This document shows positions 43,253 to 52,232 of a stretch of DNA of 63,154 bases, in pieces. Positions within the stretch are counted from its first letter, which is position 1. Each line of letters opens with the position of its first letter. This DNA comes from Candidatus Nomurabacteria bacterium. Lineage in GTDB: Bacteria; Patescibacteriota; Minisyncoccia; Phycocordibacterales; UBA9973. The DNA lies in NCBI GenBank assembly GCA_943354905.1, contig CALRDL010000003.1:1-63154 (forward strand), given 5' to 3'. A program made the position numbers and the translations under genes. A model generated the notes under the pieces. That model had not been told where the DNA came from and made no database searches. It saw only the letters and a list, made by a program, of their open reading frames with translations.

Positions 43253-44752
43253 ATGAAAATTTTTAAAAATAAAAAAGAAAATGGGATGATAATAATACAG
43301 ACGATAGTGTTTAGTTCCGTTGCTGTGATAATAATCGGAGCCCTCTCAAGCTGGGCAGGTAATACTATAAAATCTGGAAGAGTAGCCTTTAATCGAGAAC
43401 AGGCGCTCCAGTCAGCTGAAGCCGGAATAGAATATTATCGTTGGCATCTAGCTCATGCTCCATCGGATTATCAAGACGGAACAGGAGGAGCAGGACCTTA
43501 TATCCACTCTCTTAAAGATAAAATGGGAAACACTGTTGGGCAATTTTCTTTAACTATAACTCCTCCATCTTCTGGTTCCACATTAGTAAAAATTAAATCT
43601 AGTGGAACATCTTCTCTAGATTCATCTTTTTCAAGAAAAATATTGAGCCAAGTAGCCAAGCCTTCTATCGCTGAAAATGCTTTTGTGGGCAATGATGCAA
43701 TGCGTTTTGGAGAGGGTACAGAAATTTTTGGAAGCATTCACTCAAATGGTGGAATTCGTTTTGATGGCTATACCCACAATGTAGTCTCGAGTGGATTTAG
43801 GATCTATGATGATGCCGATCACTTTGGTTTAGCTGAAATCGGCGTACATACTCACGTGCGAGTTCCACCAGCAACTGGAGTAAATGATGGCGTCACCAGT
43901 GAAACAAACGCTAACTCTATACCAAACAGAACAGATGTTTTCGCAGCCGGACGCAGAATCGAACAACCGACTATAGATTTTTCAGGATTTACCGGAGACA
44001 TAGCCAATCTAAAAACTGCATCCCAATCATCTGGTGGATTTTATCGAGACATATCTGATAGTGGTTTCGATACTAGTTTCGTCGGGTATCACATAGTTTT
44101 AAAAACCGATGACACTTTTGATCTATATAAAATAAATAGCTGGGTCAGCATGAGTGATAATGGATGTATTACTTTGTCACCAAATAATTCCAGCTGGAGC
44201 ATAGACACCCAAACCTTGCAAGGCAATTATGCATTTCCAGCAAATGGAATAATATTTTTAGAAGATCACGTAGTGGTAGATGGTCAGATAGATAACGCTA
44301 GGCTTACTATTGTCGCTGCTTCATTACCAGAACCTTCGGATGCCTCTCAATATAAAAATATTATTATCAACAACGATCTTTTATATACAAATTATAATGG
44401 TACAGACTCTCTGGGGCTTGTGGGGCAGGGTGGAGTGATGGTGGGTATGATTAGCGAAGATAATTTAAAAATAGACGGAGCGTTGATGGCTCAGCGCAAC
44501 AAAGTAGGGAGATTTTATTATGGTAATGGTTTTGGTAATAAAAAGAATTGTGTGTATAAGAATCGAAATATAGTAACTCTCTATGGAATGATCGCTTCTT
44601 ATGCCAGATATGGATTTACTTTTACAAACGGTACTGGCTATACGACCAGAAATATAAATTATGATGGAAATCTTCTTTACGCTCCGCCACCATTATTTCC
44701 CCTCACTTCCGATCAATATAAAATTCTCTCTTGGCAAGAAGTAAGAAATTAA
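43253..44752 (+). CDS. PilX-like large pilus-associated protein
   Basis: N-terminal hydrophobic helix GMIIIQTIVFSSVAVIIIGAL. 499 aa, third gene of the pilin cluster. Confidence 0.55.
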   Translation: MKIFKNKKENGMIIIQTIVFSSVAVIIIGALSSWAGNTIKSGRVAFNREQALQSAEAGIEYYRWHLAHAPSDYQDGTGGAGPYIHSLKDKMGNTVGQFSLTITPPSSGSTLVKIKSSGTSSLDSSFSRKILSQVAKPSIAENAFVGNDAMRFGEGTEIFGSIHSNGGIRFDGYTHNVVSSGFRIYDDADHFGLAEIGVHTHVRVPPATGVNDGVTSETNANSIPNRTDVFAAGRRIEQPTIDFSGFTGDIANLKTASQSSGGFYRDISDSGFDTSFVGYHIVLKTDDTFDLYKINSWVSMSDNGCITLSPNNSSWSIDTQTLQGNYAFPANGIIFLEDHVVVDGQIDNARLTIVAASLPEPSDASQYKNIIINNDLLYTNYNGTDSLGLVGQGGVMVGMISEDNLKIDGALMAQRNKVGRFYYGNGFGNKKNCVYKNRNIVTLYGMIASYARYGFTFTNGTGYTTRNINYDGNLLYAPPPLFPLTSDQYKILSWQEVRN

Positions 44753-45012
44753 AAAAATCTATAAATGTCTTTATGGTGGCCTATAAAAAGAAAGGTTACC
44801 TGTTCACCTTCAAAATGAAAGACTACTCTGTAAGTTTGATCCACACGAAAACTCCAAAGACTATTTTTCTTCGGCATCAATTTTTCTGTATTAAGAGAAG
44901 GATAAAAAAGATTTTCCTTAAAGATTTTTTCCTGTCTTTCTGCTTTGATTTTTATAATGTTAGGAAGCTTTTTATACAGAGAAACAAATTTCCGTGTATA
45001 AAATATTTTCAT
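44749..45012 (-). CDS. RelE/ParE-superfamily toxin
   Basis: WSFRVDQTYRVVFHFEGEQVTFLFIGHHKDIY signature. Confidence 0.65.
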   Translation of the reverse strand: MKIFYTRKFVSLYKKLPNIIKIKAERQEKIFKENLFYPSLNTEKLMPKKNSLWSFRVDQTYRVVFHFEGEQVTFLFIGHHKDIYRFF

Positions 45013-45019
45013 AGAAAAA

Positions 45020-45217
45020 TTATCTAAAATCTTTTAAGCTACTTGCTTTTACAATCTTTCTGGATTTCATATCGCGTAGAGATTCATCAATATCTTGTAG
45101 AAATTTTGGCTGAAAAAGACCAAGTGAATTAGCAATGCGTTCAAGAGCTGATAAATCTACATTTACAGAGTATTTTCTAGTATTAGGATTTTTAGTTGTT
45201 ATCGTCATTAAATTCAT
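45020..45217 (-). CDS. Putative cognate antitoxin
   Basis: 65-aa ORF 7 nt upstream of the toxin. Confidence 0.5.
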   Translation of the reverse strand: MNLMTITTKNPNTRKYSVNVDLSALERIANSLGLFQPKFLQDIDESLRDMKSRKIVKASSLKDFR

Positions 45218-45270
45218 AACTACATGATATCAAATTTTACAAAAAATGCAATGCTAAATCCATAAAGACT

Positions 45271-45364
45271 ATTGAATACTATCTAACACAGAATAGAGTG
45301 GCGAGATCATAGAGATGGCGAAGAATCCGACCCCAGCACCGATGATGATCATTAAAACTGGTTC
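45271..45364 (-). pseudogene. Duplicated 3' end of pilC (31 codons plus stop); direct repeat copy A
   Basis: 93/94 nt identical to 46724-46817. Translates to [31 protein letters not shown]. Confidence 0.9.
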
Positions 45365-45376
45365 CTTTTTTAAATA

Positions 45377-46561
45377 TTAATTAATTGTTGATGGAGGAGT
45401 TGAATTTGGAACAATATTAGCAATCGTTGCTTTCTTTTTATTTTTAATCACGATAAAGAAAGCTATGAGTACCCCAACAGTAACGACAAGGGCGATAATA
45501 AGTGCGATAAGACTATGTAAGAGCATTGAGATGAAAATAGTAACAATACTCAACACAAACGCAACTAAGAACGTTATTCCCCCAATCAACGAACGACTTA
45601 TTGTGCCAAAAATTGGTAAGATGTCTGCTAGAACACTGATTGGTCTAAACAAAATCGACAAACCAAGCCACATCAACAAAAATCCAAGCAATCGCAAAAT
45701 CCAAAGCAATGTCGTGTATTCTGTGTGGAGCGTGGCGATTCCTTGATCACGTGTACCAATGAATACGCGATAAAGATTATTTCCGTCTTGGTCAGAATAC
45801 GGATCAATTTTACTTTCGCTCAATTTTCCAAAAATTGTACCGTCAAACCCCGGACGTAAAACGTGATAACTTATACGTAAATCTCCAACTTGCGGACTAT
45901 CGAAAGTACCACTTTCGCTTTCTTTAATAAAGAGATAACTATCATCTGCTAAAGTCGCACCGCCACTCAAAGCTGTGTTTTGAGAATTAAGCGTAAGTTG
46001 AGAAAAACTTGGAAGCGTGACACTTTGCGGGTCAAAATTGTAAGCTCCGATTGTTGCGATAGTAACTTTATTGGTATAATTGTCCAAACTTTTCTGGGGA
46101 TTTTCGTGTTCTTCGGGGTATTTGAAATCACTTGTGGACTCTGGATTTTCTTCCCAACCTTTTGAGTAAGTGTAGGTTGTTTCAGTTGTCTCTGAACCGC
46201 CAGTACTTGTTTTACTACGAGATTCTGATTTTTCTATCCATGAGTACATTTCCACCTCACGCTCTACAGCGATAAATTTATCTGGATTCAAAAATAAATT
46301 ATCCCCAATAATTTGATCAGAGTTTACAACACCAGTTGTAGAAATAAGTTTTCCATCTAGTGATGAGTCGGTACCAACAACAGCAGAACTTATCTCGGTA
46401 GCAGTTTTTGCAATATTTGATAAATCAACTCGCCCCTCATTAGAATAGAGCAAACCAAAAGAAACAACAAAAAAAATTAGTCCGGCGACAACACCTTTTA
46501 TCGAGTCAATAATTCGGCTACCGTATCCTGTTGTCGTTGTTTCTGAAAATGAATCAGGCAT
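45377..46561 (-). CDS. TMEM43/DUF1625-family membrane protein
   Basis: An N-terminal TM helix is followed by LLYSNEGRV (the family pattern is LxWNEGR), a large beta-rich domain and about 3 C-terminal TM helices. Confidence 0.6.
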   Translation of the reverse strand: MPDSFSETTTTGYGSRIIDSIKGVVAGLIFFVVSFGLLYSNEGRVDLSNIAKTATEISSAVVGTDSSLDGKLISTTGVVNSDQIIGDNLFLNPDKFIAVEREVEMYSWIEKSESRSKTSTGGSETTETTYTYSKGWEENPESTSDFKYPEEHENPQKSLDNYTNKVTIATIGAYNFDPQSVTLPSFSQLTLNSQNTALSGGATLADDSYLFIKESESGTFDSPQVGDLRISYHVLRPGFDGTIFGKLSESKIDPYSDQDGNNLYRVFIGTRDQGIATLHTEYTTLLWILRLLGFLLMWLGLSILFRPISVLADILPIFGTISRSLIGGITFLVAFVLSIVTIFISMLLHSLIALIIALVVTVGVLIAFFIVIKNKKKATIANIVPNSTPPSTIN

Positions 46562-46721
46562 ATATTTTTATTTTTATTTTTAAAAGTTAATTAATTAATT
46601 TTCGACGTGCTTATAGTTTACTCCCCCGTCCAAATTTTTACAATAGCTAATTCTAAATACTCCAAATAAACTTGTTTATATTACAACACAAATATATTCT
46701 CTGCCTAAGCCAGCTTGGAGA

Positions 46722-47939
46722 TTATTGAATACTATCTAACACAGAATAAAGTGGCGAGATCATAGAGATGGCGAAGAATCCGACCCCAGCACCGATGATG
46801 ATCATTAAAACTGGTTCGATGATAGTAGAAAGATTTTTAGTTTTATTTTCAATTTCTTCTTCGTAAAATAAAGCAATCTGGAGCAACATATCCGAAAGTT
46901 TCCCTGTCTCTTCTCCGACCTGAATCATCTCTGACATCATAACTGGATAAAGATCGGAATGAGCTTTAAAAACTTCAGAAAATGGAGAGCCATGTTCGAT
47001 AGAAGTTTTGGCTTCATTTAAAACTTTTTTGAAATAAATATTTTGCACCACATCTTCAGTTATTTCAACGGCTCGGATAATAGAAACACCAGAAAGTAAA
47101 AGGGATGCAAGGGTTCGCGCAGTACGAGCAGTATTTAATTCTTTGACAATCGTCCCAATAATCGGAAGTTTCAAAATAGTATAATGGATATATTTCGCCA
47201 TAAATTTTGCCCGAAAAATAGAATAAAAAGCTCCAGCCAAGCCAATAAGTAAAACAAAAGTAAGAATCAAGTTATTTGAAAAAAAATTTCCAAAATAAAT
47301 AATAATCCGAGTAGATATGGGCAGCATAACGCCCAATTCTTTAAATGTACTGGCTAAAGTCGGTACAACAAAAGCAAACATAAGCACACCGATCACCACC
47401 ATAGCTCCGAGGATAACTCCGGGATAAATGAGAGCACTTTTGACTTTCTTAGTTAGAGAGTTTGTTTTTTCCAAATTGCCACTAATATCAGAAAGCGCTC
47501 CAGCTAAATTCCCCGATTCCTCGCCGGCCTTGGTCATGGATACGAAAAGTTTGGAAAATACATCTGGAAATTTTGAGAGACTGGAAGAAAAAGTCTCGCC
47601 AGAATTTATATCACTAGACAATGATTTTAAAATTTTATTTAAAGTAACATTTTTTGTTTGTTTTTCGAGCACAGATAAAGCTCTCGAAAGAGAAAGCCCG
47701 GCCTTGAGCATTCCGCTCAAATTTTTAGTAAAAATTATTTGCTCATTAATACTTATTTTAAAAAAAATATTTCTAATCTTTGCTATATTTTCAGAAAAAT
47801 TATTTTTTTTTTCTGAAATCGATATAGGTGTATATCCCCGAGAACGTAGCTCGTGAGCTATAGAGAATCGATCGATAGATTCTAGTGCGCCTTCGAGAAT
47901 CTCACCTGTTTTTGTTTTAGCTTTGTAAAAAAATAGCAT
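46722..47939 (-). CDS. pilC: Type IV pilus platform protein PilC (GspF family)
   Basis: Two GspF repeats and the C-terminus [25 protein letters not shown]. Confidence 0.9.
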   Translation of the reverse strand: MLFFYKAKTKTGEILEGALESIDRFSIAHELRSRGYTPISISEKKNNFSENIAKIRNIFFKISINEQIIFTKNLSGMLKAGLSLSRALSVLEKQTKNVTLNKILKSLSSDINSGETFSSSLSKFPDVFSKLFVSMTKAGEESGNLAGALSDISGNLEKTNSLTKKVKSALIYPGVILGAMVVIGVLMFAFVVPTLASTFKELGVMLPISTRIIIYFGNFFSNNLILTFVLLIGLAGAFYSIFRAKFMAKYIHYTILKLPIIGTIVKELNTARTARTLASLLLSGVSIIRAVEITEDVVQNIYFKKVLNEAKTSIEHGSPFSEVFKAHSDLYPVMMSEMIQVGEETGKLSDMLLQIALFYEEEIENKTKNLSTIIEPVLMIIIGAGVGFFAISMISPLYSVLDSIQ

Positions 47940-47949
47940 CTTATTTAAT

Positions 47950-49701
47950 TTATTCGGAAACCACACGAAATACTTCTTCTAAAGAAGTCACCCCGAGCAC
48001 TGCCTGAAAAACTCCATCTTCAAGCATAGTCATCATTCCTTCTTTCTTGGCTTGCACTTCTACTTCATCTTGAGAACTTCCTTTGATGATCATATCTCGT
48101 ATAGTAGAAGTTACTTTTAAAACTTCGTGCATACCGATACGATTTGAATATCCATCTGGGAACTCAGTAGTTTTCACTGGTTTGTAAAAAGGAATTTTAT
48201 CCCAAGTATCATGCTCGCCGACGATTTTTTCTATTTTTAGTAAAGTAAGCATACGATCGATGTCGACAATCTTGGCTAAATTCTTTTTTTCAGCTTCGGA
48301 TAAAAAGTATTTTTCTTTAGCTGGCGTAAGTCTTCGTATCAATCTCTGAGCGATAATAGTCTTGACTGTAGCTGTAATCAAAAAAGGTTCGACTCCCATG
48401 TCTATCATTCTAGGTACGGCCCCAGAAGCTGAGTTCGTGTGGATAGTAGACAAAACCAAGTGACCAGTGAGTGAAGCGTTGACGGCTAATCCTGCTGTCT
48501 CGCTATCACGCACCTCTCCGACCATGATGATATCTGGATCTTGTCGGAGGAGTGAACGAAGTCCGTTAGCAAAAGTAAGTCCTATCTCCGGTTTGACTTG
48601 AGTCTGATTCACTCTCGGCATTTGATATTCAATAGGATCTTCAACAGTAGAAATATTTACTTCTGGTTTGTTTAAAATCTCGAGCATAGTATAAAGCGTC
48701 GTCGTCTTACCCGAACCAGTCGGTCCAGTCGCTAGGATCATCCCAGTTCTTTGTTTTAAAGAATCATGAATTCGCTCGAGAGCTTCACCGTGAAACCCTA
48801 GAGTTTCCAAAGTATAACCATGAGAATTTTCTTTGAGTAATCGAATAACAGTTTTTTCTCCAAAAAAAGTTGGCAAAATAGAAACACGAAAAGAAATCTT
48901 TTCTCCATTATCTTCTTTTTTAAATCTTCCATCTTGTGGCAATCTTTTTTCGTCAAGTTTCAAATTTGCGAGAACTTTAATACGAGCGGTGATACCGGAG
49001 GCCGCGCTTTTGTCGAGCACCATCGCGTCATGCAATATGCCATCTATACGATAACGAATAGTCAGATCTTTTTCTCCTGGCTCAATATGAATATCTGAAG
49101 CATTTTGTAAAATAGCGTGAAAAACAAGTGAATCAACTATCTTTATAACTGGCAAATCTTCCGCCATTTCTTTTAATTCAGTCGCTGACTTTTCTTTATC
49201 CTCCACTTTATTTGATTCTTTAATATTATTTGATTCTTTTTGAATAATATTATCAAATTCTACTTGTAAACTTTTCCTGTACTGAACAAGCACTGCCTTG
49301 ATAGAAACAGTGTCTGTAAGACGAGATAAAATTTTAAAACCAGAACGTTTTTTTATAAAATCAATAACTGGAAGATCATCTACATCAAGCATGGCTACTT
49401 CGAGAGTGTCCCCATTTTTATTATAAGCTACAATATTATAATTTCTGGCTATGGGTTCTGGGATGAGAGAGAGTATGGTGAAATCTATCTTTTGACCTAC
49501 TAAACTTACAAAAGGAATACCTAAAACAAAAGCCTCCATGCGTTTTAGATCAGTTTCGGATATTTTACCTTCTGACAAAAGCACGTTGCCAAATTTTTGT
49601 TTCTTCTCTTGTGCTTTTTTAGCCACATCATCAAAATCAGAACGTTTTACAAGTCCTGAATCTAGGATAAATTTCTTTAACTGTTCTTCGTCTATTTGCA
49701 T
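47950..49701 (-). CDS. pilB: Type IV pilus assembly ATPase PilB (GspE family)
   Basis: Walker A GPTGSGKTTT, Asp/His boxes and an N-terminal GSPII_E_N-like domain. Confidence 0.9.
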   Translation of the reverse strand: MQIDEEQLKKFILDSGLVKRSDFDDVAKKAQEKKQKFGNVLLSEGKISETDLKRMEAFVLGIPFVSLVGQKIDFTILSLIPEPIARNYNIVAYNKNGDTLEVAMLDVDDLPVIDFIKKRSGFKILSRLTDTVSIKAVLVQYRKSLQVEFDNIIQKESNNIKESNKVEDKEKSATELKEMAEDLPVIKIVDSLVFHAILQNASDIHIEPGEKDLTIRYRIDGILHDAMVLDKSAASGITARIKVLANLKLDEKRLPQDGRFKKEDNGEKISFRVSILPTFFGEKTVIRLLKENSHGYTLETLGFHGEALERIHDSLKQRTGMILATGPTGSGKTTTLYTMLEILNKPEVNISTVEDPIEYQMPRVNQTQVKPEIGLTFANGLRSLLRQDPDIIMVGEVRDSETAGLAVNASLTGHLVLSTIHTNSASGAVPRMIDMGVEPFLITATVKTIIAQRLIRRLTPAKEKYFLSEAEKKNLAKIVDIDRMLTLLKIEKIVGEHDTWDKIPFYKPVKTTEFPDGYSNRIGMHEVLKVTSTIRDMIIKGSSQDEVEVQAKKEGMMTMLEDGVFQAVLGVTSLEEVFRVVSE

Positions 49702-50040
49702 TTAATATATTATAACAAAAAAAACTAATTAAAAGTATGGTTTTCATTGCTAGATAAATAATTTCTAATATTATTCCGCATCTCATTAAGTAGAATGACC
49801 TACTAGGACAATGCGAGAGTATTCTATACCAAGTATTTTCTTTTTTTAAAGAGTTCCATAAATCCTCCGCAATAAGCCTTAACCGATCACGTTCTCAATT
49901 TATGTCTGCCAGCATGGTATCGGGAAATCATAACCGCCCGAAGAAACCAAACTTAAGTAAGTACACCAGAAAAATAAAAACCCAAATGATCAAAGGATCC
50001 AAAAATCAAAAAAGATTTAAAGATACAAAAATTTAAAGCA

Positions 50041-52119
50041 TCAACTTGCTAGACGGAAGACAAACTCAGTCTCGGGATCCAACTTGTCCCTAGGATCCGC
50101 CCAATCGTCGTTCAGCCACAGACCGCCACCACGGCGCCCGAGGTTGAAGACGCCCAAGTAGCCACCCCGACCAGCTATTTGTTTCATAGCTATTCGGTAC
50201 CATTCATTAAATGGCTGATCTTTATCTTTCAATCTTTGATAAAGTCCGACTTCGGGTGGACATAATTCCAAGCCCAATTCTCTGGCTTTATCATAAATTT
50301 GATCTGTATTGGCACTTTCAGTAAACCCCAGATCTTTGATTTTCAACCTCACTAATTTTATATTTTCTTTATTTTCTAATGTAATAAAATCAGGACTATC
50401 GATCATATATTCAACCTCAGGACTAGTTTTTATTCCATTTTCTCTCAATTCTTTTTTAAGCTCTTCTTTAGTCTTACCACCGATTTCTAAGCTACTACGC
50501 CTAATCCCAACTTCTGGAAGTGAGATACAAATATGCTCAACATGGTCTGGTAATTTTACAAACATGCTTGGTTCAAGTTTCCCAAGATACATCTTGGTAT
50601 TTATATTTATCTGGGCAAGATTTCTTGCAATTTGTTCCGGAAGAATTTTTAATCCTGAGGTAGCCTGTATAACTTTTACAGCATCTAGGTTCGACACCTT
50701 GTCCACATCTTCTATCGTTCCTATTTTTAGAACAAAATCGTCCGGATTGAATTCCGAAATGGCAACTTCTCCCCGTTCGGTCAACACATGATAATCTTTC
50801 ACTAAAATATTTTCAAGTTCACTCGGAGCAATTTTTTTGAAATCACGAAGTTCTCCTGTATCAGTTTTAGTCCCGCGCAACTTACTGAGTGCATCCACCA
50901 CATCACTAAAAAACGGATCATTCGTACTTATATATTCATTATTAGATTTTTTAATCTGTTCTATGACTTTAGTTTTTAGATTGTATTCAATTGTGATAAT
51001 CGGTATATCTTGTTCAAGTTTTTGAGTTTTAGGATTAATTTTAGGAACCTGACGAAAAGATAAAATTTCAACTTCGCCTCGCTTTATCCTGTTTATGTAC
51101 GAATCGCTGGTTCCGATACAATGTTTCATATATTCTGACTCTTCTTCTAAGTGTGGCATATTTAGTAATCGAGCCACATAATATTTCCCAGATTTTGTTT
51201 CAAAAAGATTTTCGTACGGATTTAGAGATTCTTTGCCAGTAATGAGAGCTCTTTGTTTCCTAATTTCTGCGATTTTTTGCAACGTTTTCTCTTCATGAAC
51301 TTCAAATAATCTATAGAAAGAACCCTTGTCTGTGTCTAAAAATTTAGGACTTTCTATAACTGCATCAAAAAGAGTGTTGCTATCGCAAGTTTCGTTATTT
51401 TGTAAATGTCGTGCCAATTTTAATTTTAGTATTATTTTCTGCCTGTCGCTAAATTTGAAATCAGTTTGACTTTGCAAGCGCATGCTTAAATTTTGAAAAT
51501 ATTCAGTAATTAATCTTTCTTTTAAAGGACGAACTTCTCCGCCAAAAGTTAATAGAGTTTTTTGATATTCTTCAGTTACTCTTTTTATATACTTTATCTC
51601 GAAAGCATTTGCTCTTTCTTTTTCGATTTCCTCTGAAGATTTTTGTTCTACCAATACTTTTTCGTAAAAATCAACTGAAAAGCCTCCCATACTGTCAGTT
51701 TTAATCCGCTTAAATCCATACCTCTCTAAAACATGATTCAAGCGGTCATTCCAACCATGAAAATTTAATTTAGTATATCCTTGATTCTTTGCATACTCCA
51801 AAAATGCTGGTATTTCAGTAAATAAATTACGCCCAGCTTGCTTGTTTGTACCAAGATATTTTATATATGCTTCATGGGGAACGAAATCTTCACAAGCTAT
51901 GTATCCTATCATCTCTCCTTTTGTATCAGTAATAATCCGATTTAATGGGTGCCCATTTTCAAGAGTTTGAACCACATCCTCTTGGGCCATAGAACGGATA
52001 TTTTCATCGACCTCTTCAATCCCGAGAGTTATGTTGCGAACAGAATTTTTTTGTTCAGAAGTTAGAGAAATTGGTTCTTTTTTCTTTTCTGGAGTATATA
52101 TTGTTTCGGTATTTGCCAT
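50041..52119 (-). CDS. Multidomain hypothetical protein (GNAT-like N-terminus, PcfJ-like core, unknown GC-rich C-terminus)
   Basis: GYIACEDF...AGRNLFTEIPAFLEYAKNQGYTKLNFHGWN...ERYGF (GNAT-like). EESEYMKHCIGTSDSYINRIKRGEVEILSFR (PcfJ-like). Confidence 0.5.
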   Translation of the reverse strand: MANTETIYTPEKKKEPISLTSEQKNSVRNITLGIEEVDENIRSMAQEDVVQTLENGHPLNRIITDTKGEMIGYIACEDFVPHEAYIKYLGTNKQAGRNLFTEIPAFLEYAKNQGYTKLNFHGWNDRLNHVLERYGFKRIKTDSMGGFSVDFYEKVLVEQKSSEEIEKERANAFEIKYIKRVTEEYQKTLLTFGGEVRPLKERLITEYFQNLSMRLQSQTDFKFSDRQKIILKLKLARHLQNNETCDSNTLFDAVIESPKFLDTDKGSFYRLFEVHEEKTLQKIAEIRKQRALITGKESLNPYENLFETKSGKYYVARLLNMPHLEEESEYMKHCIGTSDSYINRIKRGEVEILSFRQVPKINPKTQKLEQDIPIITIEYNLKTKVIEQIKKSNNEYISTNDPFFSDVVDALSKLRGTKTDTGELRDFKKIAPSELENILVKDYHVLTERGEVAISEFNPDDFVLKIGTIEDVDKVSNLDAVKVIQATSGLKILPEQIARNLAQININTKMYLGKLEPSMFVKLPDHVEHICISLPEVGIRRSSLEIGGKTKEELKKELRENGIKTSPEVEYMIDSPDFITLENKENIKLVRLKIKDLGFTESANTDQIYDKARELGLELCPPEVGLYQRLKDKDQPFNEWYRIAMKQIAGRGGYLGVFNLGRRGGGLWLNDDWADPRDKLDPETEFVFRLAS

Positions 52120-52189
52120 GTTGTTATGATAACACAACTAACAAAAATTGCATTAAAACGTAATATATGATACTATTGTTAGTGTATAA

Positions 52190-52216
52190 GTCCTGTCGCA
52201 ACAGGGCTTTTTATTT
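52190..52216 (+). terminator. Terminator-like hairpin in the nusA leader (possible attenuator)
   Basis: gtcctgt-cgca-acagggc followed by tttttatttt, ending 17 nt before the nusA ATG. Candidate promoter TTGCAT-17-TACTAT at 52148-52176. Confidence 0.4.
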
Positions 52217-52232
52217 TAAAAAACTAAATCAT

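Noticed and set aside
45365-46723. Integrase, transposase or prophage genes within the repeat-bracketed segment
   Set aside because: Only one ORF (TMEM43-like) is present and it has no recombinase motifs. The mobile-element interpretation therefore rests only on the 94-nt direct repeats.
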